Both the position numbers and the translations under genes were made by a program. A stretch of 64,000 nucleotides of DNA from Asterias rubens (lineage: Eukaryota), in assembly GCF_902459465.1 (NCBI RefSeq), contig NC_047083.1:434001-498000 (forward strand). Reading direction: 5' to 3'. This document shows positions 36,981 through 49,906 of this stretch, in pieces. The notes below the pieces were generated by a model. The model made no database searches. It was not told where the DNA came from and saw only the letters and a list, made by a program, of their open reading frames with translations. The stretch's first letter is position 1. Every line of letters begins with the position of its first letter.

Positions 36981-38625
36981 ACAGGTCTTATGCCCAGTCG
37001 TTGGCGGGATCTTTATGCATAAAAAAGTGGCTACGACTTGGCGGGAATAACTGATCGTCTGCTCACTTCTGTTGTTTTTTGAACAATCTAGACACTGAGA
37101 TTCTGTGTCTATTTGTTGTCAAACCCACATGACATGACTCTAAACAGAGCTTTGAGATCCAGATCCAGATTCACACTTTAATGCTGAGATAGTGTGGTTC
37201 AGAAGTTGACTGTTACCCCGGGAGATATTTTGCTCCTTGGGATTAATCGAACGCTGTTCCGGAGTGAACTACCGACTGCGGAAGTGCATCTTTACATACA
37301 GATCACCGGAGCACAAGGGCCGGAGTGCTGCTATTTATCGGAACCACATTTTGACAGGAATTCTCTTCCTATGGATTCAGATGGCAAGTAAGGTGGTAAG
37401 TTAAAATTTTGTTCTTCTTATAATGGATAGGAGTTGTACATAATGTATAACTGTACCCAAAATCTGTGGTAACTCCTTTTGTTTTTCCGTTTCTGTTTTG
37501 GTTTCTTTGTGCCGTTTAATAATAATAATAAATAATAATAATAATAATATTAATAATGCCTTGTATAGTGTATTGGTAATTGACAATGACCAGTCTTCTC
37601 ACTTATTGTATCTCAACATGCATACAAAACAAACCTGTAAAATTTTGAGCTCTTGGTCGTCGAAGTTGCGAGAAACTAGAATGGAAGAAAAAAAACGAAT
37701 GCTTGAATACAGCTCATGTTAACAGTAATACGGAACTCAGCACATTTTTATTTACGTAAACAAAAACAAATGGCAGCACATAAATCCAATTCTTAAGCCT
37801 TTTTAAATGAAAGTTAATCTCCTTTATCATTAAATATGCAAAATGAAATTATGGAGTGCAATGAACCGTGTCAAATGTCCCTGCGCGTGCCCATGGAACC
37901 GTGACTAATAAAGTGAATGGTGGAATACACATTAGTTGTCATAATACATGAGCAGCCATGCATGACTTACCAGTAATTGGTTTGTCTGTAAAGAGTTTGG
38001 ATGGGGGGGGGGGGGGTGGTCATTTCAATTTGACCTACATGTTTGTTTAACCATATTGATGCATAAATTACAGAAATCGAGCATCTCATTATTATTATGT
38101 TATGTAATACTGGACTGAACTATATCTGTAAACACGTGCTGCCACTATGTCATGCACTTAGTGCATAGTGCGATGCTCATTACCTCGATCGGATATATTA
38201 CGAAGAAAACGGACCAGTCCGGCGAACCTGGTACTAACGGGAGTCAACTGTATTTGGATTTAAATGACCTTTAAAGGTCAAGTTTGTATGCAGTCGGTCA
38301 GACGTGCCCGTGTCACATTGACCAACTTGGACCCTTATTCTTGTATACTTTCTGGCGGGAACTATGCCGCCACGCTGATATTCTGTTTAAAAATACATCT
38401 CCCTCCAGAGTGTACGTTATGCTTTGATACCATATGGTACAATAATAACACAAATGAACCAGGCTAGTCGCTCAAGGATGCCAGCTACATGCTTTCATGC
38501 TGTTTAGAATGAACCCAGATCATAGTTTTGTGGTATTTGTGTCCGCTGTTTTTTTTTTTTTAGCTCTGAGTCGGGAATTGAAATATTCATAGATACATAA
38601 TTTGGTCTCGTGTGACGCGAGATGC

Positions 38626-38967
38626 TTAAAGGTACTGGTATGGACACTATTGGTAATTAGTAAAAAATAATTGTTAGCATAAAAAATTCTTGGTAATGAG
38701 CAAAGGAGAGCTGTTGTCAGTATATACAACATCGGGAGAAATGGCTCCCTCACAAGTCACGTAGTTTTTGAGAAAGAAGCATTTTCTCAAAATTTGAAAA
38801 CTGAATAAAGATCTCTGCTGTGGTCTCGAATTAAGGGTACCAGAAAGCACACAACTTGTGCGACAAGGGTGTTGTTGCACCTGTTATTCTCTGGAAACTT
38901 AGATTGAGTTCAAAATTCACAGGTTTGTTGTTTATGCATATGTTGGGATATACCAAGTGAGATGCCT
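38626..38967 (+). mobile_element. K1 MITE, diverged copy lacking the right end (further fragments at about 37562-37697, 47684-47957 and 48520-48620)
   Basis: TTAAAGG..TGGACACTATTGGTAATT start and K1 internal sequence. Confidence 0.75.
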
Positions 38968-39360
38968 TTTTTTTTTTAATTAGCGAAGTTGTCCATGCAT
39001 TTAATGAATGCGTTGAATTAGACTTGTTGAAATATTGTTTTGTCAAACTGTAACAGTTATTATCTTTATAGAACAGGTAAAATTTTAAAAGGTTACTAAT
39101 TTGATTGATTGACTTACCACGAAGTGATTATCTTGATATAGCAAATTGTTTTTATCAATCAGATTTGCTTCCTTCTGAAAATAATCATAATTGATCTTGA
39201 TACCTCACCAACCATTGCCTCAAATTCCATTATGTTTTCTATCCTTACCTTTTTTGTAAACACTTTTAAGAGTTTATCGGTGTCAGCACTAGCTGTGTAT
39301 ATTGTCGATTTGGAACCGCAGGTGGTTAAGACCTTAAGCAATGCTTAATTTGAAACTTTG

Positions 39361-39645
39361 AGGTAAGCCTAATGGGTTTTTAGGTAGACCTAATGGGTTT
39401 TAAGGAAGACCTAATGGGTTTTAAGGTAGACCTAATGGGGTTTAAGGTAGACCTAATGGGTTTAAGGTAGACCTAATGGGTTTAAGGTAGACCTAATGGG
39501 TTTTAAGGTAGACCTAATGGGGTTTAAGGGAGGCCTAATGGGTTTAAGGGAGACCTAATGGGGTTTAAGGGAGGCCTAATGGGTTTAAGGTAGACCTAAT
39601 GGGGTTTAAGGTAGACCTAATGGGTTTTAAGGGAGGCCTAATGGA
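39361..39645. repeat. 20-21 bp G-rich minisatellite GGTAGACCTAATGGGTTTTAA
   Basis: About 13-14 units seen directly. Confidence 0.95.
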
Positions 39646-40594
39646 TGTAAGATGGTTTACCATAAGCTCTTTAGAGGTAAAAGCTTTCCAGGTACAATAC
39701 GCACATCTTCCTAAAATAAAAGGAAGTATAAAAAAAGTCCAAGCTTTCTGTAAGTTAACCCAGCAGAACTTAATTGCAGCCAATATACAAGCAATACGCC
39801 TCTGTTAATATTAATGAATGACGTCATAATTCATACCCAAAATGAGGCTATGGGCGCACGTCCGCCACCCACTTGCAGTGGCGGCGACCACGGCCTCGTT
39901 TGAAGTTGTTCTGTAGCTTGCACTGCAAATGGTTGACTCAAAGTTGCCTGTAAAAGTTGCCTCCTGTGACAAGGCCCTTACATGTGTAGTCTGGTCCTTT
40001 GATACAATCGGTAATCCATGATTGCTTTAGACACAAATGTACAAGACAGGTGGAGACAAGACACAAGTAAACCGGGGAAAGAAAGCCCACTTTTTCTTCC
40101 TTGATGTCTTTTTATATTGTATCTTAATATTTTTATTTACCTTTAGTAGTTGACGATTCTCAATCTATCCAGGGTTTTGTTCAGTTTTGATGAAACTCGA
40201 GGCACAGGTGTTTCTTTTCTTTCAGAAAAGACTCAAATGGAGAGCGTTGAACCTTAAGATCTCAACCACTTTGGTGAAGAAATCCATACCTGAATTTTAC
40301 AAAATGTCAGTTTGACTGCTAAACCGAGTAAATTGACTATTAGCAGTTACGAGTAAACCCCCTCGGGATTTCACCCCGGTTGAATTTCTTCCCCTGGTGA
40401 CAATATTACTTGAGACACTCTGATCTTCATTTTGAGTATTTAAAGTGACTATTTTCTTTAAGTGACTATTTCTTTAACTGTACTACCCTCATGATTTAAG
40501 TTAGAAAAGCTTAAACTTAGAAAATTGCAAGGCCTATGAATTTATTAAAAATCAGGCAAAAACGAACAAAATATCTAAATTTTTGCCTCATTTA

Positions 40595-43500
40595 TTTTGC
40601 TAGAAAATTTGTACAAGGCTGAAAATGTGTACTACTTTAGCATTGTGTCTGAAAAGGTGTACTGTAGTCTTGTGTACCATTTTTGCTTGAAAAAGTGTAC
40701 AAGTGCCTTGTGAACTTTTTATTTTTTGCTTGAAAAAGTGTATCAGGCTATAGCCTTGTGAACCTTTCGTTTTTTGTTTGAAAAAGTGTAACTTTTAATT
40801 TTTTGCTTGAAAAAGTGTACAAGGCTTGTGAACTTTTCATTTTTTGCTTTAAAAGTGTACAAGGCTATAGCCTTGTGAACTTTGCATTTTTTTGCTTGAA
40901 AAGGTGTACAAGGCTATAGCCTTGTAAACTTTACATTTTTTTTCTAAAAAAAGTGTACAAGGCTAAAGCCTTGTGAACTTTGCATTTTTTTCTTGAAAAA
41001 GTGTAACTTTTAATTTTTTGCTTGAAAAAGTGTACAAGGCTTACCTTGTGAAGTTTGCATTTTTTGTCTAAAAAGTGTACAAGGCTATAGCCTTGTGAAC
41101 TTTGCATTTTTTGCTGAAAAAAGTGTACAAGGCTATAGCCTTGTGAACTCTTCATTTTTTGCTTGAAAAAGTGTACAAGGCTATAGCCTTGTGAACTTTG
41201 CATTTTTTGCTTGAAAAGTGTACAAGGCTATAAAGCCTTGTGAACTCTTCATTTTTTGCTTGAAAAAGTGTACAAGGCTATAGCCTTGTGAAATCTTCAT
41301 TTTTTGCTTGAAAAAGTGTACAAGGCTATAGCCTTGTGAACTTTTCATTTTTTGCTTGAAAAAGTGTACAAGGCTATAGCCTTGTGAACTTTGCATTTTT
41401 TGCTTGAAAAGTGTACAAGGCTATAGCCTTGTGAACTTTTCATTTTTTGCTTGAAAAAGTGTACAAGGCTATAGCCTTGTGAACTTTGCACTTTTTGCTT
41501 GAAAAAGTGTACTAGGTTATAGCCTTGTGAACTTTGCATTTTTTGCTTTAAAAATTGTACAAGGCTATAGCCTCGTGAAGTTTGCATTTTTTGTCTAAAA
41601 AGTGTACAAGTCTATAGCCTTGTGAACTTTGCATTTTTTTGCTTGAAAAAGTGAACATTGTGAACATTCCATTTTTTTGCTTGAAAAAGTGTACAAGGCT
41701 ATAGCCTTGTGAACTTTGTATTTTTTTTCTAAAAAAGTGTACAAGGCTATAGCCTTGTGAACTTTGCATTTTTTGTTTGAAAAGTGTACAAGGCCTTGTG
41801 AACTTTTATTTTTTTTTCTTGAAAAAGTGTACAAGGATATAGCCTTGTGAACTTTGCATTTTTTTGCTTGAAAAAGTGAACATTGTGAACATTCCATTTT
41901 TTTGCTTGAAAAAGTGTACAAGGCTATAGCCTTGTGAACTTTGTATTTTTTTTCTAAAAGTGTACAAGGCTATAACCTTGTGAACTTTGCATTTTTTGCT
42001 TGAAAAAGTGTACAAGGCTATAGCCTTGTGAACTTTTCATTTTTTGCTTGAAAAAGTGTACAAGGCTATAGCCTTGTGAACTTTGCATTTTTTTGTCTAA
42101 AAAAGTGTACAAGGCTATAGCCTTGTGAACTTATAATTATTTGCTTGAAAAAGTGTACAAGGCTTATAGCCTTGTGAACTTTGCATTTTTTGTCTAAAAA
42201 AGTGTACAAGGCTATAGCCTTGTGAACTTTGCATCTTTGTTTGAAAAGTGTACAAGGCCTTGTGAACTTTTCTTTTTTTTCTTGAAAAAGTGTACAAGGC
42301 TATAGCCTTGTGAACTTTGCATTTTTTTTCAAAAAAAGTGAACTTTTCATTTTTTGCTTGAAAAAGTGTACAAGGCTATAGCCTTGTGAACTTTGCATTT
42401 TTTTGTCTAAAAAAGTGTACAAGGCTATAGCCTTGTGAACTTATAATTTTTTGCTTGAAAAAGTGTACAAGGCTATAGCCTTGTGAACTTTGCATTTTTT
42501 GTCTAAAAAAGTGTACAAGGCCTTGTGAACTTTTCATTTTTTGCTTGAAAAAGTGTACAAGGCCTTGTGACTTTTCACGTTTGCTTGAAAAAGTGTATAA
42601 GGCTATAGCCTTGTGAACTTGTGCATTTTTTGTCTAAAAAAGTGTACAAGGCTATAGCCTTGTGAACTTTGCATTTTTTGCTTTAAAAATTGTACAAGGC
42701 TATAGCCTTGTGAAGTTTGCATTTTTTGTCTAAAAAGTGTACAAGTCTATAGCCTTGTGAACTTTGCATTTTTTTGCTTGAAAAAGTGTACAAGGCTATA
42801 GCCTTGTGAAATCTTCATTTTTTGCTTGAAAAAGTGTTTACCTTGCGAAGTTTGCATTTTTTGTCTAAAAAGTGTACAAGGCTATAGCCTTGTGAACTTT
42901 GCATTTTTTGCTTCAAAAGTGTACAAGGCTATAAGCCTTGTGAACTCTTCATTTTTTGCTTGAAAAAGTGTACAAGGCTATAGCCTTGTGAACTTATAAT
43001 TTTTTGTCTAAAAAGTGTACAAGGCTATAGCCTTGTGAACTTTTAACTTTTTGCTTGAAAAAGTGTACAAGGCTATAGCCTTGTGAACTTTTCATTTTTT
43101 GCTTGAAAAAGTGTACAAGGCTATAGCCTTGTGAACTTTGCACTTTTTGCTTGAAAAAGTGTACTAGGTTATAGCCTTGTGAACTTTGCATTTTTTGCTT
43201 TAAAAATTGTACAAGGCTATAGCCTTGTGAAGTTTGCATTTTTTGTCTAAAAAGTGTACAAGTCTATAGCCTTGTGAACTTTGCATTTTTTTGCTTGAAA
43301 AAGTGAACATTGTGAACATTCCATTTTTTTGCTTGAAAAAGTGTACAAGGCTATAGCCTTGTGAACTTTGCATTTTTTGCTTGAAAAAGTGTACAAGGCT
43401 ATAGCCTTGTGAAATCTTCATTTTTTGCTTGAAAAAGTGTTTACCTTGTGAAGTTTGCATTTTTTGTCTAAAAAGTGTACAAGGCTATAGCCTTGTGAAC

Positions 43501-46500
43501 TTTGCATTTTTTGCTTGAAAAGTGTACAAGGCTATAGCCTTGTGAACTCTTCATTTTTTGCTTGAAAAAGTGTACAAGGCTATAGCCTTGTGAAATCTTC
43601 ATTTTTTGCTTGAAAAAGTGTACAAGGCCATAGCCTTGTGAACTTTGCATTTTTTGTCTAAAAAGTGTACAAGGCTATAGCCTTGTGAACTTTTCATTTT
43701 TTCTTTGAAAAAGTGTACAAGGCTATAGCCTTGTGAACTTTGCATTTTTTGCTTTAAAGTGTAAAAGGCCTTGTGACTTTTCACGTTTGCTTGAAAAAGT
43801 GTATAAGGCTATAGCCTTGTGAACTTTGCATTTTTTGTCTAAAAAAGTGTACAAGGCTTATAGCCTTGTGAACTTTTCCTTTTTTGCTTGAAAAAGTGTA
43901 TAAGGCTTATAGCCTTGTGAACTTTGCATTTTTTGCTTGAAAAAGTGTACAAGGCTATAGCCTTGTGAACTTTTAACTTTTTGCTTGAAAAAGTGTACAA
44001 GGCTATAGCCTTGTGAACTTTGCATTTTTTGCTTGAAAAGTGTACAAGGCTTATAGCCTTGTGAACTTTTCCTTTTTTGCTTGAAAAAGTGTACAAGGCT
44101 TATAGCCTTGTGAACTTTGCATTTTTTGTCTAAAAAAGTGTACAAGGCTATAGCCTTGTGAACTTTGCATCTTTGTTTGAAAAGTGTACAAGGCCTTGTG
44201 AACTTTTCTTTTTTTTCTTGAAAAAGTGTACAAGGCTATAGCCTTGTGAACTTTGCATTTTTTTTCAAAAAAAGTGAACTTTTCATTTTTTGCTTGAAAA
44301 AGTGTACAAGGCTATAGCCTTGTGAACTTTGCATTTTTTTGTCTAAAAAAGTGTACAAGGCTATAGCCTTGTGAACTTATAATTTTTTGCTTGAAAAAGT
44401 GTACAAGGCTATAGCCTTGTGAACTTTGCATTTTTTGTCTAAAAAAGTGTACAAGGCCTTGTGAACTTTTTATTTTTGCTTGAAAAAGTGTACAAGGCCT
44501 TGTGACTTTTCACGTTTGCTTGAAAAAGTGTATAAGGCTATAGCCTTGTGAACTTGTGCATTTTTTGTCTAAAAAAGTGTACAAGGCTATAGCCTTGTGA
44601 ACTTTGCATTTTTTGCTTTAAAAATTGTACAAGGCTATAGCCTTGTGAAGTTTGCATTTTTTGTCTAAAAAGTGTACAAGTCTATAGCCTTGTGAACTTT
44701 GCATTTTTTTGCTTGAAAAAGTGTACAAGGCTATAGCCTTGTGAAATCTTCATTTTTTGCTTGAAAAAGTGTTTACCTTGCGAAGTTTGCATTTTTTGTC
44801 TAAAAAGTGTACAAGGCTATAGCCTTGTGAACTTTGCATTTTTTGCTTCAAAAGTGTACAAGGCTATAGCCTTGTGAACTCTTCATTTTTTGCTTGAAAA
44901 AGTGTACAAGGCTATAGCCTTGTGAACTTATAATTTTTTGTCTAAAAAGTGTACAAGGCTATAGCCTTGTGAACTTTTAACTTTTTGCTTGAAAAAGTGT
45001 ACAAGGCTATAGCCTTGTGAACTTTTCATTTTTTGCTTGAAAAAGTGTACAAGGCTATAGCCTTGTGAACTTTGCACTTTTTGCTTGAAAAAGTGTACTA
45101 GGTTATAGCCTTGTGAACTTTGCATTTTTTGCTTTAAAAATTGTACAAGGCTATAGCCTTGTGAAGTTTGCATTTTTTGTCTAAAAAGTGTACAAGTCTA
45201 TAGCCTTGTGAACTTTGCATTTTTTTGCTTGAAAAAGTGAACATTGTGAACATTCCATTTTTTTGCTTGAAAAAGTGTACAAGGCTATAGCCTTGTGAAC
45301 TTTGCATTTTTTGCTTGAAAAGTGTACAAGGCTATAGCCTTGTGAACTTTTCATTTTTTGCTTGAAAAAGTGTACAAGGCTATAGCCTTGTGAACTTTGC
45401 ATTTTTTGCTTTAAAAATTGTACAAGGCTATAGCCTTGTGAAGTTTGCATTTTTTGTCTAAAAAGTGTACAAGTCTATAGCCTTGTGAACTTTGCATTTT
45501 TTTGCTTGAAAAAGTGTACAAGGCTATAGCCTTGTGAAATCTTCATTTTTTGCTTGAAAAAGTGTTTACCTTGTGAAGTTTGCATTTTTTGTCTAAAAAG
45601 TGTACAAGGCTATAGCCTTGTGAACTTTGCATTTTTTGCTTGAAAAGTGTACAAGGCTATAGCCTTGTGAACTCTTCATTTTTTGCTTGAAAAAGTGTAC
45701 AAGGCTATAGCCTTGTGAAATCTTCATTTTTTGCTTGAAAAAGTGTACAAGGCCATAGCCTTGTGAACTTTGCATTTTTTGTCTAAAAAGTGTACAAGGC
45801 TATAGCCTTGTGAACTTTTCATTTTTTCTTTGAAAAAGTGTACAAGGCTATAGCCTTGTGAACTTTGCATTTTTTGCTTTAAAGTGTAAAAGGCCTTGTG
45901 ACTTTTCACGTTTGCTTGAAAAAGTGTATAAGGCTATAGCCTTGTGAACTTTGCATTTTTTGTCTAAAAAAGTGTACAAGGCTTATAGCCTTGTGAACTT
46001 TTCCTTTTTTGCTTGAAAAAGTGTATAAGGCTTATAGCCTTGTGAACTTTGCATTTTTTGCTTGAAAAAGTGCACAAGGCTATAGCCTTGTGAACTTTTC
46101 ATTTCTTTATTGAAAAAGTGTACAAGGCCTTGTGAACTTTGCATTTTTTGTCTAAAAAGTGTACAAGGCTTTAGCCTTGTGAACTTTTCATTTTTTGCTT
46201 TAAAAGTGTACAAGGCTATAGCCTTGTGAACTTTCCATTTTTTGCTTGAAAAAGTGTACAAGGCTATAGCCTTGTGAACTTTTCACTTCTTGCTTGAAAA
46301 AGTGTACAAGGCCTTGTGCAAGGCCTTGTGAACTTTTAATTTTTTGCTTGAAAAAGTGTACAAGGCTATATAGCCTCGTGAACTTTTCATTTTTTTCTTG
46401 AAAAAGTGTACAAGGCCTTGTAAACTTTGCATTTTCTGCTTGAAAAAGTGTACAAGGCCTTGTGAACTTTGCATTTTCTGCTTGAAAAAGTGTACAAGGC

Positions 46501-46563
46501 CTTGTGAACTTTGCATTTTTTGCTCGTGAACTTTACATTTTGTCTTGAAAAGTGAACTTTGCA
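40595..46563. repeat. Satellite array, 48-bp palindromic monomer AAAAAGTGTACAAGGCTATAGCCTTGTGAACTTTGCATTTTTTGCTTG
   Basis: About 6 kb tandem array, roughly 120-130 units estimated from length. The 16-aa periodicity of the spurious minus-strand ORFs confirms the 48-bp period. Confidence 0.98.
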
Positions 46564-48653
46564 TACTTTTTTGAGATATATTCTAATCTATAAAAGGAAT
46601 TATTATAAATAGATCGACCTACAAACGTCAGTTGTGTTTAAGAACCCCAATCTCTGAAATACACTGTCATCGCTTATTTTTGTTAGACCACTATAAATAA
46701 GAAATCAGTTTAAGTCGGTGTATATAATTGATAACGAGCTCTTTAAATAATGCATAGGTTCGTCCCTTTGATATGAAATGAAGTTGGGGCACCATACACT
46801 GCACTAACTATGGTAATGATTCAACAGAAAATTAATGGTTTAAACTGAAATGATGCCTCTTTATTTAGCTGCCTCAACAGAAAAAAGAAGTAGTGTACGA
46901 TTATATCATTGATATCTTCACTGGCAGTGGCTGGCATCCCCCAAAAGCACAAAACAGAAATAAATAAAAAGATTAGCAAATCCATAAACTCATTTTCTTT
47001 ACAAGAAATTAGAAGACCCGTGTATCAAACTAAACCATAAACATTTTAAACTAAATAGAGGGAAATGAAGCAAAAATCTTTGATCAATCATTTAATTTCA
47101 GAATAACAAATCTGAACTTTTTTAACATGCAGTGTTTATCTTAACATAAAAATAGGTCGATCGCAACACTCCATCAAAATAAAAAAAAATCAAGATTGTT
47201 TGAAATGGGTCAAATTTTACCACGAGGGTATCAAAGTACTGTGTCTTCGACGAGCTCTCGACCGGGGTAAGACGACGGAGTGTTGGGTGTCAATTTGATA
47301 TGCGACACGGTGCAACCTCGTAATCCCGGCAGATCTAAGACATATGGTTGGATTGGTGTAGATGGAGATAATGATTGCGGGTCTTTCTCCTGAGGGAGAG
47401 TCAACCCTAGGGAGATAAGAACATCGTCAAGGAAGATGGATATAAGACACGGGAGGAGTATTCTTGGTAACTTATCGGAAGTAGAATAAGATGTGATGAC
47501 CTGGGAAAGAAAGTTCTTGTGACTTTAATATTCATGAAATAAAAAAGCTTGTCAGATGAATTAAGTTCTTATTCTGTGACATTATCTTCAATTTAGATGA
47601 AAGTTTGGCTATTCCCTATGTAGCATCAATAAAGATGAATTAAAAGAAGAAGATACACACAAAGTTGTATCGAACGAAATGGAGCAATAGAGAGCTGTCG
47701 TTGGTATACAACATTGCGAGAAACGGCTCCCTCTGGAGTAACATTGTTAATTTCTCATTAAAATAACAAAATAAATAATAAGAAGAAGAATTGAAGAAGA
47801 ATAAATAACAATAATAATTAAATACGACAGACCTGAAGCCTTTTATCATGAATCTGAAAGCAAACACAGTTGTGCAAGAAGCGTGAATTTTACGTTGGGA
47901 TACACTAAGTGAAAATACTGGTCTTTGATAATTACAGAACGTGCCCAGTGCATTTAAAAGCAGTTTTCAATGGAAAAACCAACGCCGTCTGATTAACATC
48001 GCATTAATATATTGTGCAAGACATTCTGAAGAAAATTAAAAGCAAACATAAGTTGTCTTGATGAAAGTATAATTGAATTATAAAAATAATTGGAAAGAAA
48101 ATTTGGTTTCCAAGTTGCTTTGTATCCTAAGATAATTTTATAAATAATTAAAGTCATCAGGACATCGTCCTTGAGGTCATTGCATGAAGACGACTGTATT
48201 TATTGAAAAACAGTCAATATTTACGAAATTATTCGGTCTGGAAACATTTGATTTAATCATGGGCAGTCTGGAATCCCACACACATCGGTGTTTATGGGTA
48301 AAACCACAATTAATATAATTATTATCATAATGTGATAATAATATTTCTTCCCATGTTAAGATTGGATGATTTGGAAGGAATGATTTCTACAACATCACGC
48401 TGTCCCATCAGGCAGGTGGTCTTTAAGATTGGACTCTATCAATTCATTATGTTGAATACACTGTACAGCCAGACAGGCATGAAATTGTGCACTGCACGTT
48501 TTCACCTGCAACGTTCAGGGTCTTCAAATGCACTAGCAATTGTCAGACAAATTTTATTTTCACTTGGTGTATCTCAACAAAATATGCATACAAAAAAAAA
48601 CATGTGCGTACTGAACATTTGGGCTAAACTAACTTTCCAAAATTATGCCTTTT

Positions 48654-48853
48654 GGGTGGATTTCACAAAGGTAGTCCTAACTTAGGACTAGTCCTAGGCA
48701 ATGCTAAGAGACAGGACCAGTCCTAAGTTAGGACAAGAGATAGGACTGGTCCTAAGTTAGGACCAGTAACTCATCCTAACTGAGGACTGGTCCTGTCTCT
48801 TAGCATTGCCTAGGACTAGTCCTAAGTTAGGACTACCTTTGTGAAATCCACCC
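48654..48853. mobile_element. MITE with about 70-bp perfect TIRs built from GTCCTAACTTAGGAC subunits
   Basis: The left arm GGGTGGATTTCACAAAGGTAGTCCTAACTTAGGACTAGTCCTAGGCAATGCTAAGAGACAGGACCAGTCCT is the exact reverse complement of the right arm. Confidence 0.9.
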
Positions 48854-49014
48854 CTGGTGATTCTTCTACAATTAAGATGATATTTATTTGAGGGGTGTTT
48901 CCAAGTAGCCTATGACTTTGTGTTTTCAATTACAGAGTTGCTAATGTAATTATGCATGGATAAGGTTCCAGGCTGTCATGAATGCTGTCGTCGTACGTCT
49001 TGCTTCATAGAAAC

Positions 49015-49158
49015 TTTGGCCGCCATCTTTGACGACAAACAATGAACGTGTGTACGCGTGTACTGCGCTGCGCATGACCCAAGCCAATCATCGGGTCTTC
49101 GATTGACCTCCGTGTAGGTGCTGTTCGGGCTTGTGACAAGGTGACGTCATATGCAAAT
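49015..49158. promoter_or_regulatory. Promoter-like motif cluster
   Basis: YY1-type GCCGCCATCTT (about 49019), TGCGCATG (49069), CCAAT (49084), CRE TGACGTCA (49142) and octamer ATGCAAAT (49151) in a CpG-rich patch. Confidence 0.5.
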
Positions 49159-49906
49159 GTCCTAATGTTCATACTTTTGCATCTTACCGTGGCTGGTTAT
49201 AAATATTTTTTTCAATGTGGATTTAGATTAAGACAAGCTAAGTGTGGTAGAGACTTTCCTCATGTTCTACAAAATTGTGTAGAACAAAAAACAACATCCG
49301 ATTTATGATTCTAAATGTTTTAAATCACTGAAACTATGAAATTTATAAATGCAGTTCAATTCTTCTGAGTATAACTTGACCAACTTAAATTCTAAAAGGA
49401 AAGTTTCCATAGCAACGGCTATGTAAATTACAATTTTCTCTCAGACGTGAAACGAGTTGTTTCCAATCCACTTGCTCGATACATACGCATAGACAGAAAT
49501 ACACGACACGTTGCCGCCTTTTTGACACTTCGCTTCCGTTAAGAGAAGAAGAAGAATAAATCATTGCCGGGATTTCTTTTTCACCAAACATATTTTGGTT
49601 GAGGAAATTAAATTTGGAGGTTATGCTTGACTGACTTGATATTATCGAGTTCTGAACTTCTTTGATTCGCGTGAGGCTACTTTTCCACCCACACTTTTGT
49701 CGACAATCATAGGTCGAAGATGGTAGCAAGACGCCTCCCCCCTCCCCTCACCTATACGTAAAACTGAAATCAATGTTGCATCAGAAATAAGCTGGTTCCT
49801 TTTCTTGTTTGGGCCATCAAAGCAAGTTGTTTATATTGACAGGTAGGGAACCAGACCATCGATACGAACTGAATGCAAAGACATGGGCAGTATACCCTTG
49901 TTATGG

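Noticed and set aside
36782-37054. ORF with repeated HQKDELS
   Set aside because: It arises from a tandem repeat, KDEL is not C-terminal, there is no signal peptide, and the paralogous block at 29.8 kb does not keep the frame.
40595-46563. Palindromic repeat array as a possible CRISPR
   Set aside because: The units are contiguous with no unique spacers, there are no cas genes, and the context is eukaryotic.
40931-46564. Many minus-strand ORFs with MQSSQGYSLVHFFKQK repeats
   Set aside because: Translations of the 48-bp satellite. They are frequently frameshifted and show no splice structure.
49385-49729. 114-aa minus-strand ORF
   Set aside because: TTG start, no motif and no supporting splice pattern.
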